From an uncultured Lachnospiraceae bacterium (GTDB lineage: Bacteria > Bacillota > Clostridia > Lachnospirales > Lachnospiraceae), in contig CAJTJY010000013.1 in the NCBI GenBank assembly GCA_910576975.1, positions 10,523-74,522 on the forward strand: a stretch of 64,000 nt of DNA, read 5' to 3'. How positions within the stretch are numbered: the stretch's first letter is position 1; every line of letters begins with the position of its first letter. Below, piece after piece: positions 41,142-50,565 of this stretch. A model generated the notes under the pieces. It was given only the letters and a program-made list of their open reading frames with translations. It did not search any database and had not been told where the DNA came from. The position numbers were made by a program, and so were the translations under genes.

Positions 41142-41775
41142 GGTTTTGCACCTCCAAAAAATCTTTTTCTGTTCTGATTTTACCACCCTCATATTCTTTT
41201 CGCAAGATACAGCCAATCTCGTTACTGTAGTTACGTTTATATATATATTTGTGCAGCCAGTTGTTTAATTGCCTGTCATAGTAGGTGTTATATTGAATTT
41301 CTATCGGATAATGGTAACTGCTCAACTGATAATATACATGTATGCCCCGATAGCCATCATCATATGCTTTTCCCGTTGACATATCAGCAACACGGATATT
41401 TTCACATTCTGATAAACGCAATACATCCTCGTAATTATCGCAAAGCGCACGGAATCCCAACATATCATTGAATACTTTTCCCATCTGGTGGTTTGGATAA
41501 TAACGCTCATATTTTAACCGGGCGGATTGTATGCTTTTTATCCGGTAGTCAGTCACAATATCATGCAAACCATCACAGCAATCATACCATGCGTTCACTT
41601 CATCCAATTCTTTAAATAATGAATCTTTATCAAAGTAATGCAGGTTCTTTTTTAGCCGGATGCCTAAATTAGAATGGTACGATAAGCCCTTTAATTTTTC
41701 TAGCGATAATCCATCTTTTTTCAAAATATCTTCCAAAGTGTCCGTTACCTCTGTATATTTTTCTGGTTTGTTCAT
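41113..41775 (-). CDS. Small alarmone synthetase (RelA/SpoT SYNTH domain only)
   Basis: RIKSIQSARLK, NDMLGFR, GYRGIH, EIQYNT, WLHKYIYK. Confidence 0.85.
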   Translation of the reverse strand: MNKPEKYTEVTDTLEDILKKDGLSLEKLKGLSYHSNLGIRLKKNLHYFDKDSLFKELDEVNAWYDCCDGLHDIVTDYRIKSIQSARLKYERYYPNHQMGKVFNDMLGFRALCDNYEDVLRLSECENIRVADMSTGKAYDDGYRGIHVYYQLSSYHYPIEIQYNTYYDRQLNNWLHKYIYKRNYSNEIGCILRKEYEGGKIRTEKDFLEVQNHVLSDSKEI

Positions 41776-41910
41776 AAATTTTCCTGCTTTTACATTTATG
41801 CAATTATTATATTTCTATTTTATGCATATCATTAAATTTCTTAAAAACGAGTTTGGGTCTAAAAATGGTAATTTCATGGTAAAATTAGTTCTAATAAGGT
41901 CGCTATGCCT

Positions 41911-41976
41911 TTATTTTACAGGATAGGAGAGTGTGATTAGCATACTGCCATGACAGACAAAAAGTATTTTAATCAT
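41911..41976 (-). pseudogene. Displaced 5' stump of the LMW-PTP gene
   Basis: MIKILFVCHG+SMLITLSYPVK*, same RBS as the intact gene. Confidence 0.85.
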
Positions 41977-42406
41977 AATAAAAATTCCTCCTAAATTGCG
42001 TTGATTTGCCGTATTTTGGAACGTTTGGCAAGGTTTATTTTCTCAATGAAAATCGTTAAAAAATCACAGAATAAGCACAACGGGGAAAAATGTGGCAAGT
42101 TGAAATCGTCAATTGTAGTTAAATCGTAGTAGGAATTGAGGGGGCTTACCACTGTGGTTATTTTAACACATGGAACGATATCTGTGTCAACATATAATTA
42201 TAATAAATAGTCATGGCCAATGTAAACGATGAACGGTTCTTATCTGTTTTGCAAGAATTTTGCAAGCAAATTACCGAACACTCTTTATAAGAATTTTAAA
42301 TGAAAAACAGATACCAGCAAAAAACAGGAATGCTCTTGCTATTTTTTTGCAGGCTTCGTATAATAGGCTGAGAAAATGAAGCGCATAGAGACAGAGGAGA
42401 AACCGT

Positions 42407-43366
42407 ATGGAGCAAAAGATCAATCATCCAAAGATGGAGCGTCAGGAAATGAGAACGGAGACAGAGGCAAGGGAACGCACAGCGGCAGCAATGAGAACGG
42501 AGGCAGAAGCGGGAGAACGCACAGCGGCAGATATTGAAAAGAGCATCCGCAAAAAATTTCATAAACAGTTGTTTTCGCGGTTTGCAAAAGCAGTCCGGGA
42601 TTATCAGCTTGTGCAGGAGAATGACCGCATTGCTGTCTGCATTTCCGGCGGCAAGGATTCCATGTTGCTGGCAAAGTTATTTCAGGAGCTGCAAAAGCAC
42701 CGCAAAGTTCCCTTTGAATTGCAATTTCTGGTAATGGATCCAGGCTATCTTAAAGCAAACAGGACTTTGATTGAGGAAAATGCAAAGAGAATGGGCATTC
42801 CAGTGACTATTTTTGAAACGGAGATTTTTGACGCAGTGTACGAAATCGAGAAATCTCCCTGTTATCTATGCGCCAGAATGCGCAGAGGTCATCTTTACCA
42901 TCAGGCAAGAGAGCTAGGCTGTAACAAGATTGCGCTTGGACACCATTACGATGACGTGATAGAGACAATCTTGATGGGAATGCTCTACGGCGGACAGATC
43001 CAGACGATGATGCCGAAGCTGCACAGTACGAATTTTCAGGGCATGGAGCTGATTCGCCCGATGTATTACATTCGAGAGGAAGACATCAAGCATTGGCGGG
43101 ACTACAATGGGCTGTATTTTCTGCAGTGTGCATGTCGCTTTACGGAGAGCTGTGCTGCCAGAGAATCAGAAAGTGAGAACCTATCAAAACGTATGGAAAT
43201 CAAAACATTGATTGCAAAGATGAAAGAAACAAATCCCTTTGTAGAGGCAAACATTTTTAAAAGTGTGGAAAATGTCAACCTGAGCACGGTGATTGCTTAT
43301 AAGCAGCAGGGGAAGCGTTGTCATTTTCTGGACACTTATAACAAAGACGAAAGAGGGGAGGAGTGA
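42407..43366 (+). CDS. ttcA: TtcA-family tRNA thiolase (PP-loop ATPase)
   Basis: ISGGKDS, PCYLCARMRRG, IALGHH.DD, M.PK, LIRPM. Confidence 0.8.
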   Translation: MEQKINHPKMERQEMRTETEARERTAAAMRTEAEAGERTAADIEKSIRKKFHKQLFSRFAKAVRDYQLVQENDRIAVCISGGKDSMLLAKLFQELQKHRKVPFELQFLVMDPGYLKANRTLIEENAKRMGIPVTIFETEIFDAVYEIEKSPCYLCARMRRGHLYHQARELGCNKIALGHHYDDVIETILMGMLYGGQIQTMMPKLHSTNFQGMELIRPMYYIREEDIKHWRDYNGLYFLQCACRFTESCAARESESENLSKRMEIKTLIAKMKETNPFVEANIFKSVENVNLSTVIAYKQQGKRCHFLDTYNKDERGEE

Positions 43367-44139
43367 AGAGGATGAGCAGTTTGACAAGGGAGCAAAGAGA
43401 GCGTTATGCCAGGCAGATTGCCTTGCAGGAGGCGGGAGAAGCAGGACAGGAAACGCTGTTAAAGAGCAAAGTGCTGGTTATCGGAGCGGGAGGATTAGGG
43501 TCCCCGGCGTCTATGTATCTTGCCGCCGCCGGAGTGGGAACGCTTGGCATTGCGGATGCAGATCAGGTGGATTTGTCCAACCTCCAACGGCAGATTGCCC
43601 ATGGAACTGGGGATCTTGGAAAGGGAAAGTCGCAATCTGTCAAGGAGACGATTCAGGCAATGAATCCAGATGTGAAAGTACATGTCATACCAGAATTTGT
43701 GAAAGAAGATAATATCCTGCAGCTGATCAAAGAATATCATTTTGTGATTGACGCAACAGATAATTTTACAGCAAAGTTTTTGATCAATGACGCCTGCGTG
43801 GCGGCTAGAATTCCATTTGTCCATGCAGGGATTCTCCGGTTTCAGGGGCAGCTTATGACATATGTTCCAGGACAAGGGCCGTGCTATCGGTGCATTTTTA
43901 AAGAGCCGCCATCGAAAGACGCAGTCCCTGACTGCAGGCAGCTTGGGATCATCGGCGCTATGGCGGGGGTAATTGGGAGCCTGCAGGCGATGGAGGCTGT
44001 AAAATATCTTTTGGGGGCGGGGGAGCTTCTTACAGGAAGGCTTCTGACATATGACGCTCTGAAAATGGAGTTTCGCACTGTGAAATTTCCAAAACCTGCG
44101 CCAGATTGCATTGCCTGCAAGGGGGACCAGGACGGTTAA
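43363..44139 (+). CDS. ThiF/MoeB-family adenylyltransferase
   Basis: RYARQI, GAGGLG, D.VDLSNLQRQ, PCYRC, C-terminal CxxC. Confidence 0.93.
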   Translation: MKRMSSLTREQRERYARQIALQEAGEAGQETLLKSKVLVIGAGGLGSPASMYLAAAGVGTLGIADADQVDLSNLQRQIAHGTGDLGKGKSQSVKETIQAMNPDVKVHVIPEFVKEDNILQLIKEYHFVIDATDNFTAKFLINDACVAARIPFVHAGILRFQGQLMTYVPGQGPCYRCIFKEPPSKDAVPDCRQLGIIGAMAGVIGSLQAMEAVKYLLGAGELLTGRLLTYDALKMEFRTVKFPKPAPDCIACKGDQDG

Positions 44140-44168
44140 AAGCAAATCATCAAAATAGGAAGAGCGTC

Positions 44169-44576
44169 ATGATATATATAAGAAACAAAGAGTACGAGGC
44201 GATTTTGGGATATTGCAAACAGCAGCTTCCAGAGGAATCATGCGGGCTTTTGGGAGGCAGGAAAGAGGGGAAGCGCTGCTGGGTGGAAAAAATTTATTAT
44301 CTTACGAATACAGAGCACAGTTGCGAGCATTTTTTTATGGATCCCAGAGAACAACTGCAAGCTGTCAAAGATATGCGTTCTTTGGGATATCTGTTGCTGG
44401 GGAATTTTCATTCTCATCCCAATAGCCCGGCGATTCCTTCCAAGGAGGATGCGCGGCTGGCGTATGACAGCAAGCTTCACTACTTGATTGTCTCTCTTGA
44501 GAGAGAACCTCTGCTGAAATCATTTGTGCTGGAGGATGGGGCGCTGCGAGAAGAGGAGATCAGTATTTTGCAATAG
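44169..44576 (+). CDS. JAB/Mov34 (M67) metallopeptidase, sulfur-carrier processing type
   Basis: PEESCGLL and HSHP....PS.ED JAMM motif. Confidence 0.9.
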   Translation: MIYIRNKEYEAILGYCKQQLPEESCGLLGGRKEGKRCWVEKIYYLTNTEHSCEHFFMDPREQLQAVKDMRSLGYLLLGNFHSHPNSPAIPSKEDARLAYDSKLHYLIVSLEREPLLKSFVLEDGALREEEISILQ

Positions 44577-44677
44577 ACGTTCGTTCTTTCACATGATGCT
44601 GTTTTGCTGCAAGCAATGAGGCTGCCGCATCCAGTAACTGAAAGCGACAACCTCATTGCTTATCATGCTTATTAATT

Positions 44678-46315
44678 CTATTCTTGGGATAAATTGATAT
44701 TTCTCACAGTTTCCCTGACTTTGAGTACGAAAGACGGCGATACCGATAATTCGTCGATGCCCATTCTCAAAAATTTTTCAGTTAGTTTGGTATCTGCGCC
44801 CAATTCTCCGCAGATTCCGATCCATGCGCCATGTTTATGGGCGTTTGTGGCGCTCATTTCGATGAGCCGCAGAACTGCCTCGTGGTGAGTGTCTACAAAC
44901 TGCTCGATGTCGGGATTTTGTCTATCGCAGGCAAGCGTGTACTGGGTAAGGTCGTTGGTGCCTACGCTGAAAAAATCCACCAGCGGGGCAAGCTTGTCAC
45001 TGATCACGGCGGCTGCGGGAGTCTCTATCATAATCCCAAGCTCGATATTTTCAGAGTACGCCATGCCCTCGCTGTCAAGTTCCGCTTTTACAGAGTTGCA
45101 GATATCAAGAACTTTCTCTGTCTCCAAGACGCTTGTGATCATCGGGAACATGATTCCCAGGTTTCCATAAACGGAGGCTCTATACAGCGCCCGCAACTGG
45201 GTCTTGAAAATGTCGGGACGTGTCAGGCAGATCCTTATTGCGCGATAACCAAGCGCAGGATTTTCTTCTTTTTTTAATTGGAAATAATCGCACTGCTTAT
45301 CTGCGCCAATGTCAAGGGTGCGGATGATCACTTTTTTTCCAGCCATGCTTTCAAGGACCTTTTTATATGCGGCAAACTGTTCTTCTTCGGTGGGAAAATC
45401 GCTATTTTCAAGATAGAGGAATTCGCTGCGGAAAAGTCCTATGCCTCCTGCGTCGTTCGCAAGGACTTTTCCTATGTCCCCGACGCTTCCGATGTTAGCG
45501 TAAATGTTGACCTTATGTCCGTCGATGGTTATGTTTTCCTTGCCTTTGAGCTCCTGTAAAAGACGTTTTTTCTCTTCGTCCTGAGCCTGTTTTTTCAACA
45601 TTTTTTCGGATGTCTCGCTGTCGGGGCTGACAAATACTTCTCCTGTAAAGCCGTCCACGATAGCTTGGTCGCCGTCTTTGATGTTTTTAAGAAACTCGTC
45701 CCCTGCGCCGATTATTGCAGGGATGTTCATATTTCTTGCAAGGATGGCAGTGTGAGAGTTGGAGGAACCGTGCGCCGTCACAAACGCTAGAACCTTGTCT
45801 TTGTCAAGTGCGACGGTCTCGCTGGGCGCAAGATCGTAAGCGCAGATGATGACTTTTTCGTCAGAGGAATTTTCCTCTGAAGTTTCTCCGCTGAGGTTGC
45901 CGATAATTCTGTTTGAGATATCTTGTATGTCAGCGGCACGGGCTTTCATGTAAGCGTCGTCCATGGAACGGAACATTTCGGCAAAATTGTCTGCCGTTAC
46001 CGCAACGGCATATTCTGCATTGATGTGCTGAGTCTCAATGATGTTGGTTATGGAGTCGTTGTAGTCTTCGTCGTCTAGCATCATCTGATGTATTTCGAAA
46101 ATAGCGGCGTTCGCCTCGCCGACTTCTTTTAATGCCTTTTGATATATTTCGCTAAGTTGCTTCACGGAAGCTGTTTTTGCCTCTTCAAAGCGGCGTTTTT
46201 CGTTTTCTGTGTCATCAACATGCATACGTTTGACTTCTGCGTCCTGCTGTTTGAAAACGGAAATTTTTCCAATCGCTATAGCTCCGTAAACGCCCTTTCC
46301 AGTATATTTATCCAT
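44678..46315 (-). CDS. ptsI: PTS enzyme I (PEP-protein phosphotransferase)
   Basis: SHTAILAR, GIGLFRSEFLY, MIETPAA, SVGTNDLTQY. Confidence 0.95.
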   Translation of the reverse strand: MDKYTGKGVYGAIAIGKISVFKQQDAEVKRMHVDDTENEKRRFEEAKTASVKQLSEIYQKALKEVGEANAAIFEIHQMMLDDEDYNDSITNIIETQHINAEYAVAVTADNFAEMFRSMDDAYMKARAADIQDISNRIIGNLSGETSEENSSDEKVIICAYDLAPSETVALDKDKVLAFVTAHGSSNSHTAILARNMNIPAIIGAGDEFLKNIKDGDQAIVDGFTGEVFVSPDSETSEKMLKKQAQDEEKKRLLQELKGKENITIDGHKVNIYANIGSVGDIGKVLANDAGGIGLFRSEFLYLENSDFPTEEEQFAAYKKVLESMAGKKVIIRTLDIGADKQCDYFQLKKEENPALGYRAIRICLTRPDIFKTQLRALYRASVYGNLGIMFPMITSVLETEKVLDICNSVKAELDSEGMAYSENIELGIMIETPAAAVISDKLAPLVDFFSVGTNDLTQYTLACDRQNPDIEQFVDTHHEAVLRLIEMSATNAHKHGAWIGICGELGADTKLTEKFLRMGIDELSVSPSFVLKVRETVRNINLSQE

Positions 46316-46345
46316 ACTGTATACCTCCGTATTTTATGAGTGCTT

Positions 46346-46612
46346 TTATTCTCCGAAGCCGTTTTCAAACATTGCTGCGATCTCGTCTAACACAGCCTGC
46401 TCGTCTGCGCCGTTGCATACGATCTCAACTTCGTTGCCGCACTTTATGCAGGCGGACATGATCTGCATCGGGGCTTTTGCCTTGACAGTCTTGCCATTTG
46501 CGTTAAGCGTTACCTCGCAATCAGGGTGCGCTTTCACTGCCTTTGCAAGATCTCCTGCGGGGCGCATATGCATTCCTTGTTCATTTACTACCTTTACTGT
46601 TTTTGATACCAT
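46346..46612 (-). CDS. HPr-family phosphocarrier protein
   Basis: GMHMRPA with His15. Confidence 0.9.
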   Translation of the reverse strand: MVSKTVKVVNEQGMHMRPAGDLAKAVKAHPDCEVTLNANGKTVKAKAPMQIMSACIKCGNEVEIVCNGADEQAVLDEIAAMFENGFGE

Positions 46613-46705
46613 GATAATCTCTCCTTTTATAATATAATTTTTAATTTTAAGCTTGTGATTGGCTCGACAGCTTTGCGGGGAAGTTGAAGCGGGATTGCTT
46701 GCTGT

Positions 46706-48628
46706 TTATGCGTCGGCTTTCTTCTTTTTCAAAAGTGCAAGCATAAGCATTCCGATAATAGAACCTGCTGCAAGTGAAACCAGATACATTGCCCAGTTGC
46801 CAACAACTGCGAATACGAAGATGCCGCCATGAGGAGCCATCAGCGTACATCCGAACGCCATGGAAAGTCCGCCTGCAGTAGCTGCGCCGATCATGCAAGA
46901 GGGGATAACTCTTAGTGGGTCGGAAGCTGCGTATGGGATCGCTCCTTCGGTGATAAAGCTAAGTCCCATGATGTAGTTTACCACTCCGCTCTTACGCTCG
47001 TCGGCGCTCCATTTGTTCTTGAAAAATGTCGTGGAAAGGGCGATCGCAATCGGAGGCACCATGCCGCCAATCATTACGGCCGCCATAATGTCATAGTTGC
47101 CAGAAGCAATAGCAGCCGTGCCGAACACATATGCCGCTTTGTTGAATGGGCCTCCCATGTCGATGGACATCATTCCGCCTAGAATACAGCCCAGCAGAAT
47201 TTTGCTGCTGCCGCCCATGCTGTTTAGGAGATCGGAAAGACCTGTGTTTATCATGCCCATAAACGGGTTAACGGCACACATGATTACGGCGACGATTCCA
47301 AGGCCGGCAAGCGGATAGATCAATACGGGCTTGATGCCGTTTAATGCTTTTGGCATATTGTCGCAAAGCTTTTCGATGCCGAGCATCAAAAAGCCTCCGG
47401 CAAAGCCTGCAAATAGCGCGCCTAAAAACCCTGAGGGAACGTCCCCTGCAACGCTTGCAAACGTGGAGCCTGTCGTTGCAAGATAGCCGCCCACAAGACC
47501 TACCAAAAAGCCAGGACGGTCTGCAATGCTCTTTCCAATGTAACCTGCAAGGACGGGAACCATAAAGTTGAACGCAAAGCCTCCGATCGTTTTAAAGAAT
47601 GACGCGGCAGCCGTATGCGTGCCAAAATTGCCGTCTTGGGGAGCGCCTGCAATGGTATCAATAAGGAATGCCAGGGCGATGAAGATGCCGCCTGCAACTG
47701 TAAAAGGCAGCATGTTTGAAACGCCGTTCATCAGATGCTTGTAAATTTTTCTGCCGAAGCTTTCAGCTTCCTGGGAGGAATCTTCGGTGTTTGCGCCTGT
47801 ATGGTGATAAACGGGAGCGTTTCCTGCTTCAATGCGTTTTATAAGCTCTTCAGGAATCTTGATGCCGTCTGAAACTTTTGTGATTATCACTTTCTTGCCG
47901 TCAAAACGGCCCATTTCTACGTTTTTATCAGCAGCAATGATAATGCCGTCACAATGTTCGATTTCTTCCTTTGTAAGTATGTTCTTTGCGCCGCCGGAAC
48001 CGTTTGTCTCTACTTTTATTGAGACGCCAAGTTTTTTTCCAGCTTTTTCAAGAGCCTCGGCAGCCATGTATGTATGTGCGATGCCGGTAGGGCAAGCTGT
48101 GACAGCGAGCACTCTTATTCTATTGTCTGAACCGTTAGCGGCAGTGCTTTCTTGTGGCTTGTCGGGATACTTTTCCGTTTCCATGTCGTCAATGATCTTC
48201 AGAAATGAGTCCTGATCTTTTGCGGCAAGAAGCCTTGCGCGAAAATCCTCGTCCATGAGAATGGTCATTAATTTCGACAAGACGTCAAGGTGTACGTCTC
48301 CGCCGCCTTCGGGAGCAGCGATCATAAAGAAAAGGTTTGACGGCTCATCGTCCAAAGCTTCATAATCCACGCCGTTTGGAACGGTCATTGCCGCAAGCGA
48401 AGCAGCCTTTACGCCTTTGTTTTTCGCATGCGGGATGGCGATTCCCTCGCCTACAGCCGTTGAACCATGTTCCTCACGGGCGATGATGCCTTTTTTGTAT
48501 TCCTCCCGGTCGGAAATGTTTCCGCTTTTTACCTGCAAGTCCACGAGCATGTCGATAGCTTCGGATTTGCTCTTAGGAGCTGCATTTAATTGGATGCTTT
48601 TGCGGTTCAGTAAATCAACGATTCGCAT
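46706..48628 (-). CDS. fruA: Fructose-specific PTS EIIABC
   Basis: IAIPHA (IIA), CPTGIAHTYMAA (IIB), DMGGP.NK (IIC). Confidence 0.95.
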   Translation of the reverse strand: MRIVDLLNRKSIQLNAAPKSKSEAIDMLVDLQVKSGNISDREEYKKGIIAREEHGSTAVGEGIAIPHAKNKGVKAASLAAMTVPNGVDYEALDDEPSNLFFMIAAPEGGGDVHLDVLSKLMTILMDEDFRARLLAAKDQDSFLKIIDDMETEKYPDKPQESTAANGSDNRIRVLAVTACPTGIAHTYMAAEALEKAGKKLGVSIKVETNGSGGAKNILTKEEIEHCDGIIIAADKNVEMGRFDGKKVIITKVSDGIKIPEELIKRIEAGNAPVYHHTGANTEDSSQEAESFGRKIYKHLMNGVSNMLPFTVAGGIFIALAFLIDTIAGAPQDGNFGTHTAAASFFKTIGGFAFNFMVPVLAGYIGKSIADRPGFLVGLVGGYLATTGSTFASVAGDVPSGFLGALFAGFAGGFLMLGIEKLCDNMPKALNGIKPVLIYPLAGLGIVAVIMCAVNPFMGMINTGLSDLLNSMGGSSKILLGCILGGMMSIDMGGPFNKAAYVFGTAAIASGNYDIMAAVMIGGMVPPIAIALSTTFFKNKWSADERKSGVVNYIMGLSFITEGAIPYAASDPLRVIPSCMIGAATAGGLSMAFGCTLMAPHGGIFVFAVVGNWAMYLVSLAAGSIIGMLMLALLKKKKADA

Positions 48629-48651
48629 AAAAATTACCTCCTGTTAAATTT

Positions 48652-49557
48652 TTATAGTGAAAGCTGTGTAAGAAGTTCGTCTATCAGCGCTTTTTTGGCA
48701 AGGCCGTCTGAGAATGCCGTTGCGCCCCCGGCGGCAGTGCCAAGCTTCAAAGCGTATTCGTAATCGCCCTGCGCAGAACCTGCAATAAATCCCGCAACCA
48801 TGGAATCTCCTGCGCCAACGGAATTTTTCACAGTGCCCTTGCATACGCCGCAGATGTGTGTCTTGCCGTTCTCGTCAAGCAGCAGCGCGCCGTCCCCTGC
48901 CATTGAAACCAGTACGTTTTGTGCGCCCATTTCCTTTAATTTCCTGGCATATTTTTCAATTTCTTCGTTGGTTTCCAGTGTCTTTCCAAATATTTCTCCG
49001 AGCTCATGATTGTTGGGCTTAATCAGGAACGGCTTGTATTTGAGCACGTTCATCAACAAGTCTTTTGTGGCGTCGACGACGGCTTTTATGTTTTTGTTTT
49101 GCAGACGTTCAAGGATTTTCTCGTAAATATCCGCAGGCATGCTGTCGGGTATGCTGCCTGCAAGGACTATGGTGCTGCCGTCGGAAAGTTTGTCAAGCTT
49201 TTCAAAAAGCAGGTTGAGATCTTTGTCATCGATGTTCGGGCCCTGACCGTTTAGCTCAGTCTCAGTTTTTGACTTTATCTTTACGTTTATGCGGGAAAAG
49301 CCGTTTTCAAGGTGCACGAAGTCTGTTTCCACGCCCTTTTGGGTCACGCCCTTTTCAATTGCGTCCCCCGTAAAGCCTGCTACAAATCCCAGTGCGCGGG
49401 ATTTTACGCCAAGCTCGCTTAGAACGATGGAAACGTTGATGCCTTTTCCGCCGAAATAAATTTCCTCGCTTTTGGTGCGGTTGACGCCGCCCACGGCAAT
49501 TTCGTCGGTGTGTACGACGTAATCCACGGCAGGATTGAATGTTATTGTGTAAACCAT
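48652..49557 (-). CDS. fruK: 1-phosphofructokinase
   Basis: T.NPA.DY, GGKGINVS, IKPN, NSVGAGDS. Confidence 0.95.
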   Translation of the reverse strand: MVYTITFNPAVDYVVHTDEIAVGGVNRTKSEEIYFGGKGINVSIVLSELGVKSRALGFVAGFTGDAIEKGVTQKGVETDFVHLENGFSRINVKIKSKTETELNGQGPNIDDKDLNLLFEKLDKLSDGSTIVLAGSIPDSMPADIYEKILERLQNKNIKAVVDATKDLLMNVLKYKPFLIKPNNHELGEIFGKTLETNEEIEKYARKLKEMGAQNVLVSMAGDGALLLDENGKTHICGVCKGTVKNSVGAGDSMVAGFIAGSAQGDYEYALKLGTAAGGATAFSDGLAKKALIDELLTQLSL

Positions 49558-50309
49558 TATAAAACCTCCTTTACAGACGCTTCCGAAAGATATTTTTTAT
49601 CGGGAACTTTGTCTGTGATTATTTTTCCACGGTTTATCTCGGCAAATTTTACAGATGTTATTTTGCCGAATTTAGAGTGATCTCCAAGTATGAATATTTC
49701 TCTGCTTCGTAAGACAGCCATAGCCTTTACGCATGCTTCGCTTTTATCTGGCGTGGAAAAGCCGCCTCGTATTGAGATGCCGTTTACGCCCATGAAGCAT
49801 TTGGTGAAATTATAGTTCATAAGGCTTGAGATCGCTTCCGAACCTATCACCGCTTCTGTCGACGCCTTGATTTCTCCAGCAAGAATGATTACCTTAAAGC
49901 CTCTTTGCGCAAGCTTTTTGGCGTTTATGAAAGCATTTGTGACAAATGTGACAGATTTTGACGGAATGAACTGTATGATTTTTTCGGTCGTCGTCCCTGC
50001 GTCGATGTAGACGAAATCACCATCCTCGATCAAAGAAGCCGCATACCTTGCGATCGCCTCTTTCTCCGCCGTGAAAAGCTCGGCTTTTTCTTCCACGTTC
50101 GGTTCAAAGGAAGCAAAGTTCTCATCGGCGGAGAGTGCGATTGCGCCGCCACGGACCTTTGTAAGCAATCCTTTTTCATTTAGCAAGCTAAGATCTCTTC
50201 GTATTGTTGATTCGGAAGTGCTCAACAGCCCGCAAAGCTCACTCAGTCCAACGCTTTTCCTTTTATTGACGGCATCCAGTATTATGGAATGCCTTTCTTC
50301 TGTAAGCAT
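49557..50309 (-). CDS. fruR: DeoR-family fructose operon repressor
   Basis: SESTIRRDL, DAGTTT, DHSKF; operon context. Confidence 0.92.
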   Translation of the reverse strand: MLTEERHSIILDAVNKRKSVGLSELCGLLSTSESTIRRDLSLLNEKGLLTKVRGGAIALSADENFASFEPNVEEKAELFTAEKEAIARYAASLIEDGDFVYIDAGTTTEKIIQFIPSKSVTFVTNAFINAKKLAQRGFKVIILAGEIKASTEAVIGSEAISSLMNYNFTKCFMGVNGISIRGGFSTPDKSEACVKAMAVLRSREIFILGDHSKFGKITSVKFAEINRGKIITDKVPDKKYLSEASVKEVL

Positions 50310-50482
50310 GACCTCCTCCTTTCTTTTGATAGATTCTGAAATATTTTGATTGAATTTAATGATATTATATCATATATTTTTAAAATATCAATAGGTTTCG
50401 GTCAATTTCTTTCAAAATATTTCGTTTTTTTTGCTGATGTTAATGTCGTTACCTTGAAAGGCATTTTGCTGTCCAAATCTTA

Positions 50483-50541
50483 TTGACATCCCAAAAGAAA
50501 AGGAGTATAGTGTACCTAAAATAGCCTAGTAAGTTAGTAGG
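50483..50541 (+). promoter_or_regulatory. Sigma-A promoter of metY-cysK with a downstream dyad (possible Rrf2/CymR-type box)
   Basis: TTGACA-N17-TATAGT; CCTA-N9-TAGG at 50525-50541. Confidence 0.6.
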
Positions 50542-50565
50542 AATAATAGGAAAAGGAGAAAGTTA

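Larger units (their letters stand above)
39553..42153. mobile_element. Integrase-less islet inserted at the 5' end of the LMW-PTP gene, flanked by ~210 bp imperfect direct repeats
   Basis: 39553-39762 vs 41946-42153, offset 2393 bp, 36 bp exact core (39567-39602 = 41960-41995); both copies carry the first 10 PTP codons. Confidence 0.8.

Noticed and set aside
43363..44576. E1-like plus JAB pair as CBASS or Bil-type ubiquitin-like defence
   Set aside because: No E2, CD-NTase or Ubl gene nearby; sequences and neighbours fit sulfur-carrier metabolism.
50400..50565. SAM riboswitch or T-box upstream of metY
   Set aside because: Leader after the promoter is only about 50 nt and lacks the conserved motifs.
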